This document shows, piece by piece, positions 39,412-50,119 of a stretch of DNA of 64,000 bases. The stretch spans positions 28,442-92,441 of the forward strand of contig CAVOFX010000001.1 of assembly GCA_963695115.1 (NCBI GenBank), written 5' to 3'. The first letter of the stretch is position 1. Every line of letters begins with the position of its first letter. The position numbers and the translations under genes were made by a program. This DNA is from an uncultured Microthrixaceae bacterium. GTDB taxonomy: Bacteria; Actinomycetota; Acidimicrobiia; Acidimicrobiales; CAVOFX01. Under the pieces are notes generated by a model that had not been told where the DNA came from, searched no databases, and saw only the letters and a list, made by a program, of their open reading frames with translations.

Positions 39412-40524
39412 TCAGTCGAAGAGCGAGAGGGCTTCCAGATCGACCACGTGAGCGGCGTGCCGCTCCGCCATGGCGAGGAACATCTCGTCGGCTCGCGGAT
39501 CCCGTCCCACCAGCACCGAGGCCACCACCGCCATGTGCAGTCCCGCGAACGTGTTGGCCCGGTACAGGTCCCAGCACTCCGACGCCCCGAGCTCGACGCC
39601 GTTCGCCACCAGACCCGTGCGGTAGGTCTCGAGGAGCTCGCGCTCGTGGCTGCGACGCTCCTCGGTGTGCAGCCCCGCGCCGAGGAAGTAGGCGGCGTCG
39701 CTCGGACCCGGACCGATCGACACCGTCTGCCAGTCGACGGTGGTGAGCGGCGGTGCGTCCGGTCCGGTTCCGAAGAGCATGTTCTCCAGCCGGTAGTCAC
39801 CGTGCAGCAGGGTGAAGGGCTTGCGATCCGCGCTCAGCCAGGTGCCGACGTCGGGAGCGAAGGCAATCGCTGTCTCCCGTGCCCGGTCGCTGAGGCGGTC
39901 GTCGTACTGCTCCAGGAACTGGGGCAGCAGCGCCACGTAGATCGTTGCGAGCCCCTGGCCCCCCTCGGCGCTGCGCGGCGTGAGCCACTCCCGGCCGTCC
40001 AGCACCCGGTTGGCCCAGAAGCTCGAGTGCAGGAGAGCGAGCTGCTCCATCGCGAGGGCCGCCTGGTCCACCGAGCACCCCGTGACCTGGTCGCCCTGCT
40101 GGGCGGGCGTGATGTCCTCGAACATCAGGACGAACTCGGCGGTGGAGAGATCGATCTCGGCGAGATGACAGGTGGGGATCCTCATCGCGCACTGCGACGC
40201 CAGCTCCTGGTAGAAGGCGATCTCGCGCACGTAGATGCCCGTCATGATCCCGGCCTGTCGAGAGGTCGGGTCCGCTGAGGCGAACTTGCCCACGACGCTG
40301 GCGGGCACCGCCTCCGGGTCGGCGCCGCTCCAGCTGAGCGTGAAGCGCACGTTCTCACCCAACTTCCCTGTGCCGATCGCCTGGGAGTCGAAGGCGGTCA
40401 CACTCGCCCCTTCGGGTGCCGCACCCGAGTGCCTCAGCACCCGGGTGAGCCACTCCGGGGTGACGTCACCTGTCTCTCCGACCAGCTCCGGCGTCTCGTC
40501 CACCGGGTCATCGTCGCGCGTCAT
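39412..40524 (-). CDS. Aminoglycoside-phosphotransferase/CHK-like kinase family protein (370 aa)
   Basis: ATG at 40524. Catalytic loop TLLHGDYRLENMLF and TVDWQTVSIGPGPSDAAYFL. The upstream part of the track ORF is Arg-rich shadow over the VWA gene. Confidence 0.75.
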   Translation of the reverse strand: MTRDDDPVDETPELVGETGDVTPEWLTRVLRHSGAAPEGASVTAFDSQAIGTGKLGENVRFTLSWSGADPEAVPASVVGKFASADPTSRQAGIMTGIYVREIAFYQELASQCAMRIPTCHLAEIDLSTAEFVLMFEDITPAQQGDQVTGCSVDQAALAMEQLALLHSSFWANRVLDGREWLTPRSAEGGQGLATIYVALLPQFLEQYDDRLSDRARETAIAFAPDVGTWLSADRKPFTLLHGDYRLENMLFGTGPDAPPLTTVDWQTVSIGPGPSDAAYFLGAGLHTEERRSHERELLETYRTGLVANGVELGASECWDLYRANTFAGLHMAVVASVLVGRDPRADEMFLAMAERHAAHVVDLEALSLFD

Positions 40525-40550
40525 CGCCTCGTCCCCCGCATCCCGACCTC

Positions 40551-43449
40551 CTATCGGATCGCCACCCGCTGGTAGAGCCTCGGCAACCGCTTGGGAAGCG
40601 CCTCCACGTCGGCCACGACCTCGTAGCCGAGGTCGCCGCAGAGCTGGCCCAGGTACTCGTGGCCTTCTCGGTCCACCGTGATCAGGAACGGCTCGATGCG
40701 CCTCCGTCGCGCCTCGGTCAGCGCCTGCCTCGTGTCCTGCACCGCGTACTCGCGCTCCGACTCCCCCGACCCGTAGTCCATGTCCATGGGCCGGCCGTCG
40801 GAGACGAGCACGAGGATCTTCACCTTCGCGTCGCAGGCATCGAGCTTGGCGACCGCGTGCCTTATCGCCGGACCCATCCTGGTCGCGCTCACGGGTTCGA
40901 TCCGGCCGATCCGCCGGCGGACCCGATCGTCGAGCTCCTCGTCGATCTCCTTGATGACCCTGAACTCGACGCTCTCGCGTCCCTCGCCCGAGAAGCCGAA
41001 GATCCCGTACCGGTCGCCGATCGCCTCCAGCGCCTCGACCATGACGACCGCTGCCTCCTTCTCCACGTCGATGATCCGACCGGTGTCCGGCTCCCCGCGA
41101 CCCTCGACCGGTGCGATCGCCTCGTTGGTGGAGGCGGACATGTCGAGGAGGAGCGCGACCGCGACGTCCCTGGTCACCTTGTCGCGGCGGCTGTAGAAGC
41201 GGGCCAACGGGCCGACGCCGGCCAGCTTGTCGGCGTGGAACTGGATCGCTTCGTCGAGGTCGATCTCGTGACCGTCCTCGAGGCGCTTCAGGCGCCGGAA
41301 CGCCTCCGGACGCATCTTCTCGAACTGCCTCCGGGTGGCGACCACCAGGGCGTGTCGTCGGGCGAGGGTGTCGAGGTAGAAGTCGAGCTCTCCCTCCTCG
41401 CCCGCCATCTCGCCGACACGGCACCAGGCCGGCCTGTAGTCGCGGGCATGGAAGTCCCACTCGTCGTAGCGGAACCACTCCACCTCGCCGTCGGATTCGT
41501 CCTCGTCCGGCGAGAGGGCCCTACGGACGACCCGGCGCTTCGCCTCGTCCTCCATCGCTGCGAGCAGCTCTTCGGCCTCGTCGGCTCCGTCACCCTCGGC
41601 GTCGATCTCGGTCGTCGCCTCGAGCAGCGATTCGAGCTCGTCGGCACCGATGGTCGGGGCCTCGCCCTCGGCAGCCTCCTGCTCCGTCAGCTCCGACAGG
41701 ACCTGGACGATCTCCGGCTTGAAGTCGCCCCTCACCTCGGGCGGAGCGGGTGCTGCGAACGGTCGCTCGGTGCCACCACCGGCGGCAGACCGGCCCTGCG
41801 GCACCACGTTGGGGATCGCCTCGGCCGCCTCGTACAGGGCGGCGGCGATCTCGGCGGAGTCCTGCACCGTGACCTCCGGGCGCGAACGCGACCTCCAGCA
41901 CCGAGGTGGCTCGGGTCTGCGCTTCACCGATCTCTTCGGGGACCTCCATCAGGTCCGGACGACCGAGCGAGAAGCGGATCAGGTTCTCCACGAGCAGCTC
42001 GCGCTGGGGGAGCTCGCGAGGCGATGGGCGTCGCTCTGCCTCGAGGTCCTGGATGCGCCGCAGCGCGCTGCGGATCCCCGGGTAGCGCCTGATGACCAGC
42101 GAGTCGATCCGCAGGCCCTCCGCCAGGCCGAAGAGCGCCACTATCAGCGCACGGTCATCGAAGACCTCGAAGAAGCGGGTCATCGGTGTCGCTGTGCGAT
42201 CCGGGGCTCCCCGCTCACGGGCCGGATAGGTGGCGACGAGGTGCTGCCCGTCGACCCCGAAGCGGAAGTCGAACGACCCGAACTCGAGGCGTGCGGCCTG
42301 CTGGGTGACCGCGACCTTGTACACGGAGAAGTTCGACGCGTGATCGTCGAACACCTCCATCGCCGACGGGAGGAAGATCGCCAGCCCGTCGGTGGTGGCC
42401 GCTCCGCCTGCGGCCCACCCGATGCGTCGCTGGCCGAGCAGCGATCGCGGGTGGAGGCCGATCGTACGACCGCAGAGCGCCTGGGCGTAGCGCCCGAGCA
42501 CCCCGGATGCCTCCGCGAGCTCGACTCGACCCGTGAGCGCGGTGAGCAGCTCCTGGGCCTGCGCCGACTCGAGCCGGAACCAGCTCGCTGCCCTCTCGCC
42601 TCCGTGGGGGTCGGTGAGCAGATCGGCACCGGCCGCGGCCCAGCACCGACCCTCCTCGGCACCGACCTTCGCCCACACCTCAGGAGCGGAGGTCAGGAAC
42701 GTGCTCGCCGCCGAGGCGTTGGATCGGGCCATCTCCACAGCCAGCGCGACCAGCTCGTCCTGCTCGTCGGGCGAAGCGACCGCCAGCGCCTCGGCAGCGC
42801 CGGCGAACCGCTGGAAGCCTCCGCTGCCGACCTCCTCCACGACCAGCACGGCCAGCTCGACGAGAGCGACGCGCACGGACGGCTCCACCCCTCCGATGAG
42901 CCCGGGGAAGCGCCGCAGGCAGTCGTAGGTCTCCACGCGGGATCGGTGCACGACCTCGCCCAACAGCCTCAGGAAGGGTCCACGACCCGACGACTCGAGG
43001 GTGCAGAGGATCGTCGGCGTCTCGGTGAGGCACGCAGAGGCGATGTCGGGCTCGTCGACAGCCACCGCGGCGACTGCCTCCACCAGCCCGTCGAGCTCGC
43101 CCACGGGTACCTCGCAGAGCAGCTCCCGGGCGAGCGAGAAGTACTGCGACGCCAGCCGGGCTGAGCGCCAGCCCCCGCTCATCAGCCGCCTTCCCTGTGA
43201 GGCCCAGGCCTCCAGCTCGGCGGGCTCCAGGTGATCCAGTGCGTCCGCTGTCGCGCCGACGAACGCGGCCGCCGCCTGGGCCGATTGGTCGGCCACCATG
43301 CCGACGAGGTCGGTCCAGCGAGTGAGCTCGCGTCCCTCGAGACGTCCGGCCAACTCGGGTGCGGCGGCGGCCAGGGCGTCGGCGACTTCGCGTGAGCGGG
43401 GCCGCGTCTCGGCGGAGAGGCGCCTGATCACGTCCTCCGCGAGGGTCAC
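40551..43449 (-). CDS. CbbO/NorD-type von Willebrand factor A protein (~965 aa), one apparent frameshift near 41895
   Basis: ORF 41590-43449 (N-terminal helical part) continues in ORF 40551-41927. VWA/MIDAS: DVAVALLLDMSASTNE...GFSGEGRESVEF...ILVLVSDGRPMD. Sits directly downstream of a CbbQ/NorQ-type ATPase gene. Confidence 0.75.
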
Positions 43450-43491
43450 GACCCTGTGCCCCCCACGATCACACAGCTGCTGCCCATGCGG

Positions 43492-44466
43492 TCACTCCTC
43501 GAAGATCGAGGTGACCACCTCCGCGATCGAAGCCTGCACCTCCCGATCATCGGTGAGGGACCACACGACCGCCGTCTCGCAGGCCCGCCGCGGCGCGATG
43601 CCCTGGGAGCAGAGCTTGCCCGCGTACACGAGCAGGCGGGTCGAGACCCCTTCCTCGAGGCCGTGCTCGCGGAGGTTGCGCACCTTCGCCCCGAGCCGGG
43701 CCAGACCCGACGCGACGTCGGGAGAGCAGCCGGACTCTCGCTCGATGATCTGTTCCTCGAGCTCGAGGGCGGGGTAGTCGAACTCGATCGAGATGAAGCG
43801 CTGCCGTGTGGAGTGCTTCAGATCCTTCAACGCAGACTGGTAGCCGGGGTTGTAGGAGAGCACCAGGAGGAACCCGTCCGCCGCGATGAGGAGCTCACCG
43901 CGCTTCTCGATCGGGAGCAGCCTTCGGTAGTCGGCCAACGGGTGGATGAGGACCGTCGTGTCCTTGCGGGCCTCGACGATCTCGTCCAGGTAGCAGATGG
44001 CACCGAACTTCACGGCCCGGGTGAGGGGTCCGTCGATCCATCGCGTCTCGTCGCCCTCGAGCAGGTACCGGCCGACCAGGTCGGAAGCGGTGAGGTCCTC
44101 GTGGCAGGCGACCGTTATGAGCGGCACGCCCTCCTCGTCGCGGTCCGCTAGATGACGGTGGAGGTGCCACGACATGTACTCGACGAAGCGCGTCTTGCCG
44201 CAGCCGGTGGGCCCCTTGAGGAGCACGGGAACCTGCTGCTCGTAGGCGGTCTCGAAGAGCTCCACCTCGTCGCCGATGGGCAGGTAGTAGGGCTCCTCGG
44301 TGATGCGGAAGTCCTGGATCTCGAGGCGGTCGAATCCGAGGTTGGGCTGTTCGTCCGTGGCGGTGCCTCCGTCTCGGGCGGTACCTTTCAGGAACCCGGG
44401 AGAGGACCACCGGCCGGCACCGCTTGGCTGTTCCCTCCCCCGGCTATATCTTGTATAGTCTAGCAA
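43492..44466 (-). CDS. CbbQ/NirQ/NorQ-family MoxR-type AAA+ ATPase; start codon uncertain
   Basis: [42 protein letters not shown] (Walker A), [13 protein letters not shown] (Walker B). The only in-frame canonical start is the TTG at 44466, inside the AT-rich promoter-like island, so the real start is probably further in or obscured by an indel. Confidence 0.8.
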   Translation of the reverse strand: MLDYTRYSRGREQPSGAGRWSSPGFLKGTARDGGTATDEQPNLGFDRLEIQDFRITEEPYYLPIGDEVELFETAYEQQVPVLLKGPTGCGKTRFVEYMSWHLHRHLADRDEEGVPLITVACHEDLTASDLVGRYLLEGDETRWIDGPLTRAVKFGAICYLDEIVEARKDTTVLIHPLADYRRLLPIEKRGELLIAADGFLLVLSYNPGYQSALKDLKHSTRQRFISIEFDYPALELEEQIIERESGCSPDVASGLARLGAKVRNLREHGLEEGVSTRLLVYAGKLCSQGIAPRRACETAVVWSLTDDREVQASIAEVVTSIFEE

Positions 44467-44482
44467 GAGTATCTAGGAATGG
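44443..44482. promoter_or_regulatory. AT-rich island with palindromic elements between the divergent AAA+/VWA and Mo-enzyme operons
   Basis: ggCTATAtcttgTATAGtctagcaagagtatctagg: 5-bp inverted arms ctata/tatag and repeated tctag. Strikingly AT-rich for this sequence. Confidence 0.5.
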
Positions 44483-44522
44483 TCGAAGCCCGGCTGTTCC
44501 GCCCGGACCCAAGGGGGACGCA

Positions 44523-44654
44523 GTGTTCGCAGTCAGCATGAACCTCGACTTCGACAAGCTGAAGGAGAACGAGGAGAAGGGCGCGGCCAAGAAGGCTGAG
44601 GCCAAGGACAAGGCCAAGGGCAAGGCGAAGTCAGAGGCCAAGGAGAAGGACTGA
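44523..44654 (+). CDS. Possible small lysine-rich protein (43 aa; or 38 aa from ATG 44538)
   Basis: aaggggga, 4 nt, then GTG. VFAVSMNLDFDKLKENEEKGAAKKAEAKDKAKGKAKSEAKEKD. AAG-rich coding is unusual in this GC-rich context. Confidence 0.35.
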   Translation: MFAVSMNLDFDKLKENEEKGAAKKAEAKDKAKGKAKSEAKEKD

Positions 44655-44819
44655 CCCCGCGGTCATCCACCGAACACCCGATCCGTAACCAACCCCCGCC
44701 GCACCGGTACGTCGCAGAGGTGATCGAAGGGTCTCGGCGGCCCGCGAAGCCGATCATCCGGCGAGCTCATTTCGCTGCTCCCGCGACGGACCACTAGCCA
44801 CCGCCAGGGAGGCTCCGCC

Positions 44820-47693
44820 GTGGCCGATACCTCCACCCCGGGGCTTCCCGGGCTCGTACGTCTCGCGCCGATCGACGCCGGCAAGCGCCTCGACGAGGTG
44901 CTCGCCCGTCCCTACCAGTACCGCGACTGGGAGGACGTCTACCGCGAGCAGTGGACCTGGGACGACGTCGTCCACGTCTCCCACCTCCGCACCAACTGCA
45001 TCTCCGCGTGCTCTCTCGATGCCTACGTGAAGGACGGCATCGTCTGGCGTGAGGAGCAGAACGCCAACTACCCGCAGGAGTTCGAGCACATCCCCGACTT
45101 CAACCCCCGGGGATGCCCCGCGGGCTGTGCGTACAGCATCCAGATGTACGACCCCACCCGCATCCGCTACCCGATGAAGCGGGTGGGAGAGCGTGGCTCC
45201 GGCAAGTGGGAGCGCCTCTCGTGGGACCAGGCGTTCACCGAGATCGCGGACAGGCTCATGGATGTGCTGGTCGAGGACGGCCCTGACTGCGTCGTGTACG
45301 ACCAAGGCACCACCAACATCGACAACGGGCTCGGCTCGATGATGGAGATGCACTTCTTCGGTGGTGGCATCGGGGCGAGCACCATCGACTCGTGGGCCGG
45401 CGTCGGCGACCTCCCGGTCGGGCTGATCCAGACCTGGGGCACCTACATGAGCGAGGGAACCGCGGACGACTGGTTCCTCTCCGACTACATCCTGATCTGG
45501 ATCGGCAACCCGAACTACACCCGCGTCCCCGAGGCCCACTTCATCTGGGAGGCCCGCTACCGCGGCGCGAAGGTGGTCTCGATCGCACCCGACTTCAGCC
45601 CGTCGACCGTGCACGCCGACCGGTGGATGAACGTGAGGTTCGGCACCGACGCCGCCCTCGCGCTCGGCATGGCGAACGTGATCCTCACCGAGGGCCTGTA
45701 CGACGAGGCGTACCTCAAGGAGCAGACCGATCTGCCCTTCCTCGTGCGCGACGACAACGGGAAGTTCCTCCGCGAGAGCGACGTGGTCGAGGGCGGCGGC
45801 GACGAGGAGTTCTACTACTGGAACTCGGCCAAGAAGCAGAAGCAGCTCGCCTCGGGCACGTGGGGCTCGGACGTCATGACCCTCGAGCTGGCCGACGACG
45901 AGGACCCGGCGCTGGAGGGGGCCCACACGGTCACCCTCGTCGACGGCACGAAGGTGAAGGTGCGTCCGGTCTTCGAGCTGCTCCGGGCCCACGTGGCGAC
46001 CTACACACCCGAGTACGCGGCCGAGGTGACCGATGTCCCCGCCGGCAACATCCGCCGCGTCGCCCGCGAGCTGGCCGCTGCGAAGTCGGCGATGATCTTC
46101 TCCTCCTGGGGCGCCTGCAAGCACTACCACTCCGACCTCTTCCAGCGGGGCATGGCCTACCTGATGGCGCTCACCGGCAACACGGGAGGCAAGCCGGGAT
46201 CCGGGATCAAGGTCTCCACCTGGTGGCCGATGCCGGGGTTCGTCCTCTCGACCTTCGGCCCGCGCCTGGCAACCGAGCCCCCGGCACCGATGCCGATGGA
46301 GCGGGCCCAGATGCAGGACGTCTCGAAGATGATGTTCGAGATGATGACGGCGGCGATGCGCTCAACACCGCTCATCCCCTGGCTGTACGCGCACGACCCC
46401 GAGTGGGCGAAGATCGCTGGTCGGGACGAGTACGCGGATCCCGCCCTGAAGAGGCCGGTGGCCGAGTACATGGAGGAGATCTTCGAGAACGGCTGGCAGC
46501 CGATCCTGCCGAAGCCGCCGCGCAAGCCGAGGTTCTTCTACTACTCGGGGCCGAACCCCCTGCGACGCTGGCCGAACCCCAAGACCATCCGCGACAGCCT
46601 GTGGAAGGAGATGGAGACGATCGTCACCACCGACTTCCGGATGTCGACCTCGGGGATGTGGTCCGACTACATCCTTCCGTCCTGTGGGTACTACGAGAAG
46701 CCGGGCATCAAGTACGTGCAGTCGTACATCCCCTATGTCGTCGTCGGCGACCGGGCGGTACCCCCCTTGTACGAGTCGAAGCACGAGTGGGACGTGATGC
46801 TGGGTCTCGCCAAGAAGATCCAGGAGCGTGCCCACGAGCGCGGCATCGAGGGCTACAGGGACATCGGCGGCGGCTACCACCGCCTGGACAACCTGTACGA
46901 CGAGATGACCGCCGACGGCTGGTACGTGGAGGGCGAGAAGGGCGAGACCCGGGCTCTCGACTACATCATGCGCCACTCGCAGATCACTCGAGCCAGCGAC
47001 CTCGGTGAGCAGCCTTGGAAGAAGGCGACCACCGATGGCATGGTCAAGATCGAGGCGGTCGACCCGATCGACCTCGCGATCGGCCTGAGCACCATGATGA
47101 GCGACTTCGACTACAGCGAGCCCATGAACCAGTTCGGATGGTTCATCAAGCGCAAAGAGCCATGGCCCACGCTCACCGGCAGGCAGCAGTTCTACATCGA
47201 CCACGACTGGTTCCAGGAGGTCGGCGAGGAGCTGGCGGTCCACAAGGAGCCGTTGGCAGCCGGAGGCCCCTACCCGCTCCGCCTCACCGGGGGGCACAAC
47301 CGGTTGAGCATGCACGCGATCTTCCGGGCGAACCCGCAGCTCCTCCGCCTGCAGCGCGGCGAGCCGATCGCGTTCCTCAGCGTCCCCGACGCACGTGACC
47401 GGGGAATCTCCGACCACGACCTCATCCGCGTCTACAACGACATCGGCGAGTTCGTGCTGCACGCCGCGGTATCACCCGCCCTCCAGCCCGGCGAGGTGAT
47501 CTGCTACCACGCGTGGGAGGGCTACCAGTTCCCGGGAGGCGGCACCCAGAACGACGTCGCCGCGAGCCCGCTCAAGCCGACCAACATGATCGGGGGATAC
47601 GGACACCTCCAGTACAGGGGTGCGTACATGACCATGAACCACGTTCCGAAGGAAGTCGCGATCGAGGTCGAGCGCGTGAGGGAGTCGGTATGA
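44820..47693 (+). CDS. Type II (NarG-like) Mo-bisPGD oxidoreductase, catalytic alpha subunit (957 aa), no Tat signal
   Basis: N-terminal FS0-type motif aligns with NarG (SHLRTNCISACSLDAYVKDGIVWREEQ...NPRGCPAGCAYSIQMYDPTRIRYPMKR). GTG start preceded by agggagg. No twin-arginine leader. Uninterrupted 2.9 kb ORF. Confidence 0.85.
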   Translation: MADTSTPGLPGLVRLAPIDAGKRLDEVLARPYQYRDWEDVYREQWTWDDVVHVSHLRTNCISACSLDAYVKDGIVWREEQNANYPQEFEHIPDFNPRGCPAGCAYSIQMYDPTRIRYPMKRVGERGSGKWERLSWDQAFTEIADRLMDVLVEDGPDCVVYDQGTTNIDNGLGSMMEMHFFGGGIGASTIDSWAGVGDLPVGLIQTWGTYMSEGTADDWFLSDYILIWIGNPNYTRVPEAHFIWEARYRGAKVVSIAPDFSPSTVHADRWMNVRFGTDAALALGMANVILTEGLYDEAYLKEQTDLPFLVRDDNGKFLRESDVVEGGGDEEFYYWNSAKKQKQLASGTWGSDVMTLELADDEDPALEGAHTVTLVDGTKVKVRPVFELLRAHVATYTPEYAAEVTDVPAGNIRRVARELAAAKSAMIFSSWGACKHYHSDLFQRGMAYLMALTGNTGGKPGSGIKVSTWWPMPGFVLSTFGPRLATEPPAPMPMERAQMQDVSKMMFEMMTAAMRSTPLIPWLYAHDPEWAKIAGRDEYADPALKRPVAEYMEEIFENGWQPILPKPPRKPRFFYYSGPNPLRRWPNPKTIRDSLWKEMETIVTTDFRMSTSGMWSDYILPSCGYYEKPGIKYVQSYIPYVVVGDRAVPPLYESKHEWDVMLGLAKKIQERAHERGIEGYRDIGGGYHRLDNLYDEMTADGWYVEGEKGETRALDYIMRHSQITRASDLGEQPWKKATTDGMVKIEAVDPIDLAIGLSTMMSDFDYSEPMNQFGWFIKRKEPWPTLTGRQQFYIDHDWFQEVGEELAVHKEPLAAGGPYPLRLTGGHNRLSMHAIFRANPQLLRLQRGEPIAFLSVPDARDRGISDHDLIRVYNDIGEFVLHAAVSPALQPGEVICYHAWEGYQFPGGGTQNDVAASPLKPTNMIGGYGHLQYRGAYMTMNHVPKEVAIEVERVRESV

Positions 47694-48349
47694 GCCCCGC
47701 CAAGCCGACCGTCATCGATGCCCGCCGTGTGCGGGCATCGCTCGACACGCTGATCGCCCCCGATGCGGCCGAGTGGGACCGTGCCGACGAGGTGGCGGTG
47801 GCGCTCGAGCCAACGCCACTCGACCGGCAGCCCTCCGCATACGTCCAGGTCGCCTGGCAGGATCGCCCCCGCGCCACCCTGCGACAGCTTCGGGTTCGGG
47901 CTCTCTCCAACGCCAACGGGCTGGCTCTGCGACTCGAGTGGGCGACGGCCAGGCCGCAGCGGAGGATCTCGGACGTCAACATCTATCCCGACGCCTGCGC
48001 CGCCCTCTTCCCGGCTGACGGCAAGAAGGCCGACCTATCCACCATGGGCACCGCCCGCCAGCCCGTGCAGGGCTGGCACTGGCGGGCGGGCACCGACGAT
48101 CCGTTCGTGATCACCGCCCGGGGGCTGGGCACGGTAGAGCGAGCCCCCGACCATGCCGTGGAGGCACGGGCACGCTGGACCGACAACAGCTGGCAGGTCG
48201 TGCTGACCCGTCCGTTCAAGGAGGACGGCGTACCGCTCGCCCACGGTGCCAAGCTCCCCGTCGGATTCGCCATATGGTCCGGCTCGGCGCGTGAACGAGC
48301 CGGACTGAAGTCGTACTCACCCCAGCCCCACCAGCTCCACGTGGGCTGA
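47690..48349 (+). CDS. Ethylbenzene-dehydrogenase-gamma-like heme b subunit (219 aa), no signal peptide
   Basis: The ATG overlaps the alpha stop (ATGA). [11 protein letters not shown]...[19 protein letters not shown]...[18 protein letters not shown] fits the EB_dh family, with candidate Met and Lys heme ligands. Confidence 0.7.
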   Translation: MSPAKPTVIDARRVRASLDTLIAPDAAEWDRADEVAVALEPTPLDRQPSAYVQVAWQDRPRATLRQLRVRALSNANGLALRLEWATARPQRRISDVNIYPDACAALFPADGKKADLSTMGTARQPVQGWHWRAGTDDPFVITARGLGTVERAPDHAVEARARWTDNSWQVVLTRPFKEDGVPLAHGAKLPVGFAIWSGSARERAGLKSYSPQPHQLHVG

Positions 48350-48360
48350 GGAGGATCAGG

Positions 48361-49420
48361 ATGCCCAAGACCGCAAGACCAACCCACCAGTTCGCGATGG
48401 TCTTCGACCTGAACAAGTGCCTCGGTTGTCAGACCTGCACGGTGGCCTGCAAGACCCAGTGGACCCGGGGCGGCGGCATGGACGCGATGTGGTGGAACAT
48501 CGTCAACACCATGCCGGGCCGGGGAACCCCCCGTGACGCGTTCGACCTCGGCGGCGGGTACCACGACGGGAGCTCCGGTTCCCGGCACGATCCCACCGAA
48601 GGCCGACTGGGGCGAAGCCTGGGACTTCGACTACGACGGCGTCTTCGCGGGCGGCGCGGAGGGAGTCCCCCTGCGCCCGCACGAGCACGACGGCTCGGCA
48701 CCGACCTGGGGTCCCAACTGGGACGAGGACATCGGTGGGGGTGAGTACCCCAACTCGTACTTCTTCTACCTGCCGCTGCTCTGCATGAACTGCTCCAACC
48801 CCGCCTGCCTCGAGGCATGCCCCCGTGATTCGATCTACCGGCGCGAGGAGGACGGCGTCATCCTCATCGACGAGGAGCGCTGCCACGGCTACCGCTTCTG
48901 CATGGAGGCGTGCCCGTACAAGCGCATCTACTTCAACGAGCAGCGCGCCATCGCCCAGAAGTGCATCTCCTGCTACCCACGGCTCGAGGCCGGGGTCGCT
49001 CCGGCGTGCGTGCGCCAGTGCCCGGGCCGGATCCGCCACGTCGGCTTCCTCGACGACCGCAAGAGCCACATCTACAAGCTCGTCAAGAAGTGGAAGGTGG
49101 CCCTCCCGTTGCGGCCCGACTTCGAGGTCGAGCCGAACGTCTTCTACGTGCCTCCCACCATGCCGACCGCCTTCGACGAGGACGGCGAGTTCGACGAGGA
49201 CGCGTCGCGGATCCCGCTGGAGGAGCTGAGGAGCTGGTTCGGTCCCGAGGTCGACCAGGCGCTCGCCACCATCCAGGAGGAGCGCGAGAAGGTCGCCGCC
49301 GGTGGGAAGTCGGAGCTGATGGACCTCCTCATCGCCCGCGACTGGCAGGAGCTGCTGGGCCCGTACCCGGTGGATCCGGGCGAGCTGGAGCGACCTCAGG
49401 TCAAGCCGAGAAGGAAGTAG
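48361..49420 (+). CDS. NarH-like four-cluster Fe-S beta subunit, one apparent frameshift near 48560
   Basis: [11 protein letters not shown] in ORF 48361-48744. [26 protein letters not shown] and [21 protein letters not shown] in ORF 48533-49420. Confidence 0.85.
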
Positions 49421-49422
49421 CC

Positions 49423-50082
49423 GTGTCCACGGTCCATCTCGGCGTCGCACCCGAGGCCCACCGGGCCGCTGCTCCTGCCCGCCAGGTGCTGTACGGCCGG
49501 CTCGCCGAGCTGCTCAGCTACCCGACTCCGGAGCTGTGCCAGGCCTATTCGGAAGGCAGCCTCGCGACCGAGATGACCCGGACCCTGGATCAGCTCCCGT
49601 ACACCCTCGCCTTCGATCCCGCTCCCTTGCAGGGTGACTCCGCCGAGATCGGGAGCGAGTACATCCGGCTCTTCGAGGTCGGAGCAGGGTCGCCCACCTG
49701 CCCGCTGTACGGAGGTGTGCTCGGCGGTGACCGCCGCACGGTGATGGAGGATCTCCTCCGCCTGTATCGCCACTTCGGGCTGAGCACGGCCGAGGCGCAG
49801 TTCAGGGATCTGCCGGACTCGATCCCCACGGTGCTCGAGTTCTGCTGCTACCTCACCTTCCGTGAGGCCGATGCGGGGGCGGACGAAGCCGTCTCCTACA
49901 GAGCGGCGCAGGCCGACCTCCTGGACAGGTACCTGGCGACCTGGACGGGCATGATCCGGGCCCGGATGCCGCTGCTCGAACCGACGCCGCTCTACCGAGC
50001 CTCCGTGGAGCTCCTCGACGAGTTCGCTGTCGCCGAGCTCGCCGCTCTGGGCTCGACGAAGCGCTCGGCCCGCGGGAGCTGA
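49423..50082 (+). CDS. NarJ/TorD-like assembly chaperone (delta subunit, 219 aa)
   Basis: GTG at 49423, 2 nt after the beta stop. LYGRLAELLSYPTPEL...EYIRLFEVGAGSPTCPLYGG...DSIPTVLEFCCYL. The earlier part of track ORF 48910-50082 is shadow. Confidence 0.7.
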   Translation: MSTVHLGVAPEAHRAAAPARQVLYGRLAELLSYPTPELCQAYSEGSLATEMTRTLDQLPYTLAFDPAPLQGDSAEIGSEYIRLFEVGAGSPTCPLYGGVLGGDRRTVMEDLLRLYRHFGLSTAEAQFRDLPDSIPTVLEFCCYLTFREADAGADEAVSYRAAQADLLDRYLATWTGMIRARMPLLEPTPLYRASVELLDEFAVAELAALGSTKRSARGS

Positions 50083-50119
50083 ACCTCCACATCGGGCGTG
50101 AGCCTGCAGCGGACCGCGG

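Noticed and set aside
44724-44819. In-frame upstream extension of the Mo-enzyme alpha subunit containing PRRTTS, considered as a Tat signal
   Set aside because: No start codon, no hydrophobic h-region and no S/T-R-R-x-F-L-K pattern. The GTG at 44820 has a good agggagg ribosome-binding site.
44754-47462. Long minus-strand ORFs (44754-46130, 46362-47462), plus-strand 45392-47008, and similar ORFs opposite the primase-helicase (21676-23661, 23773-24729)
   Set aside because: They are antisense to, or out of frame with, uninterrupted and motif-bearing genes, and their composition is typical of GC-shadow frames.
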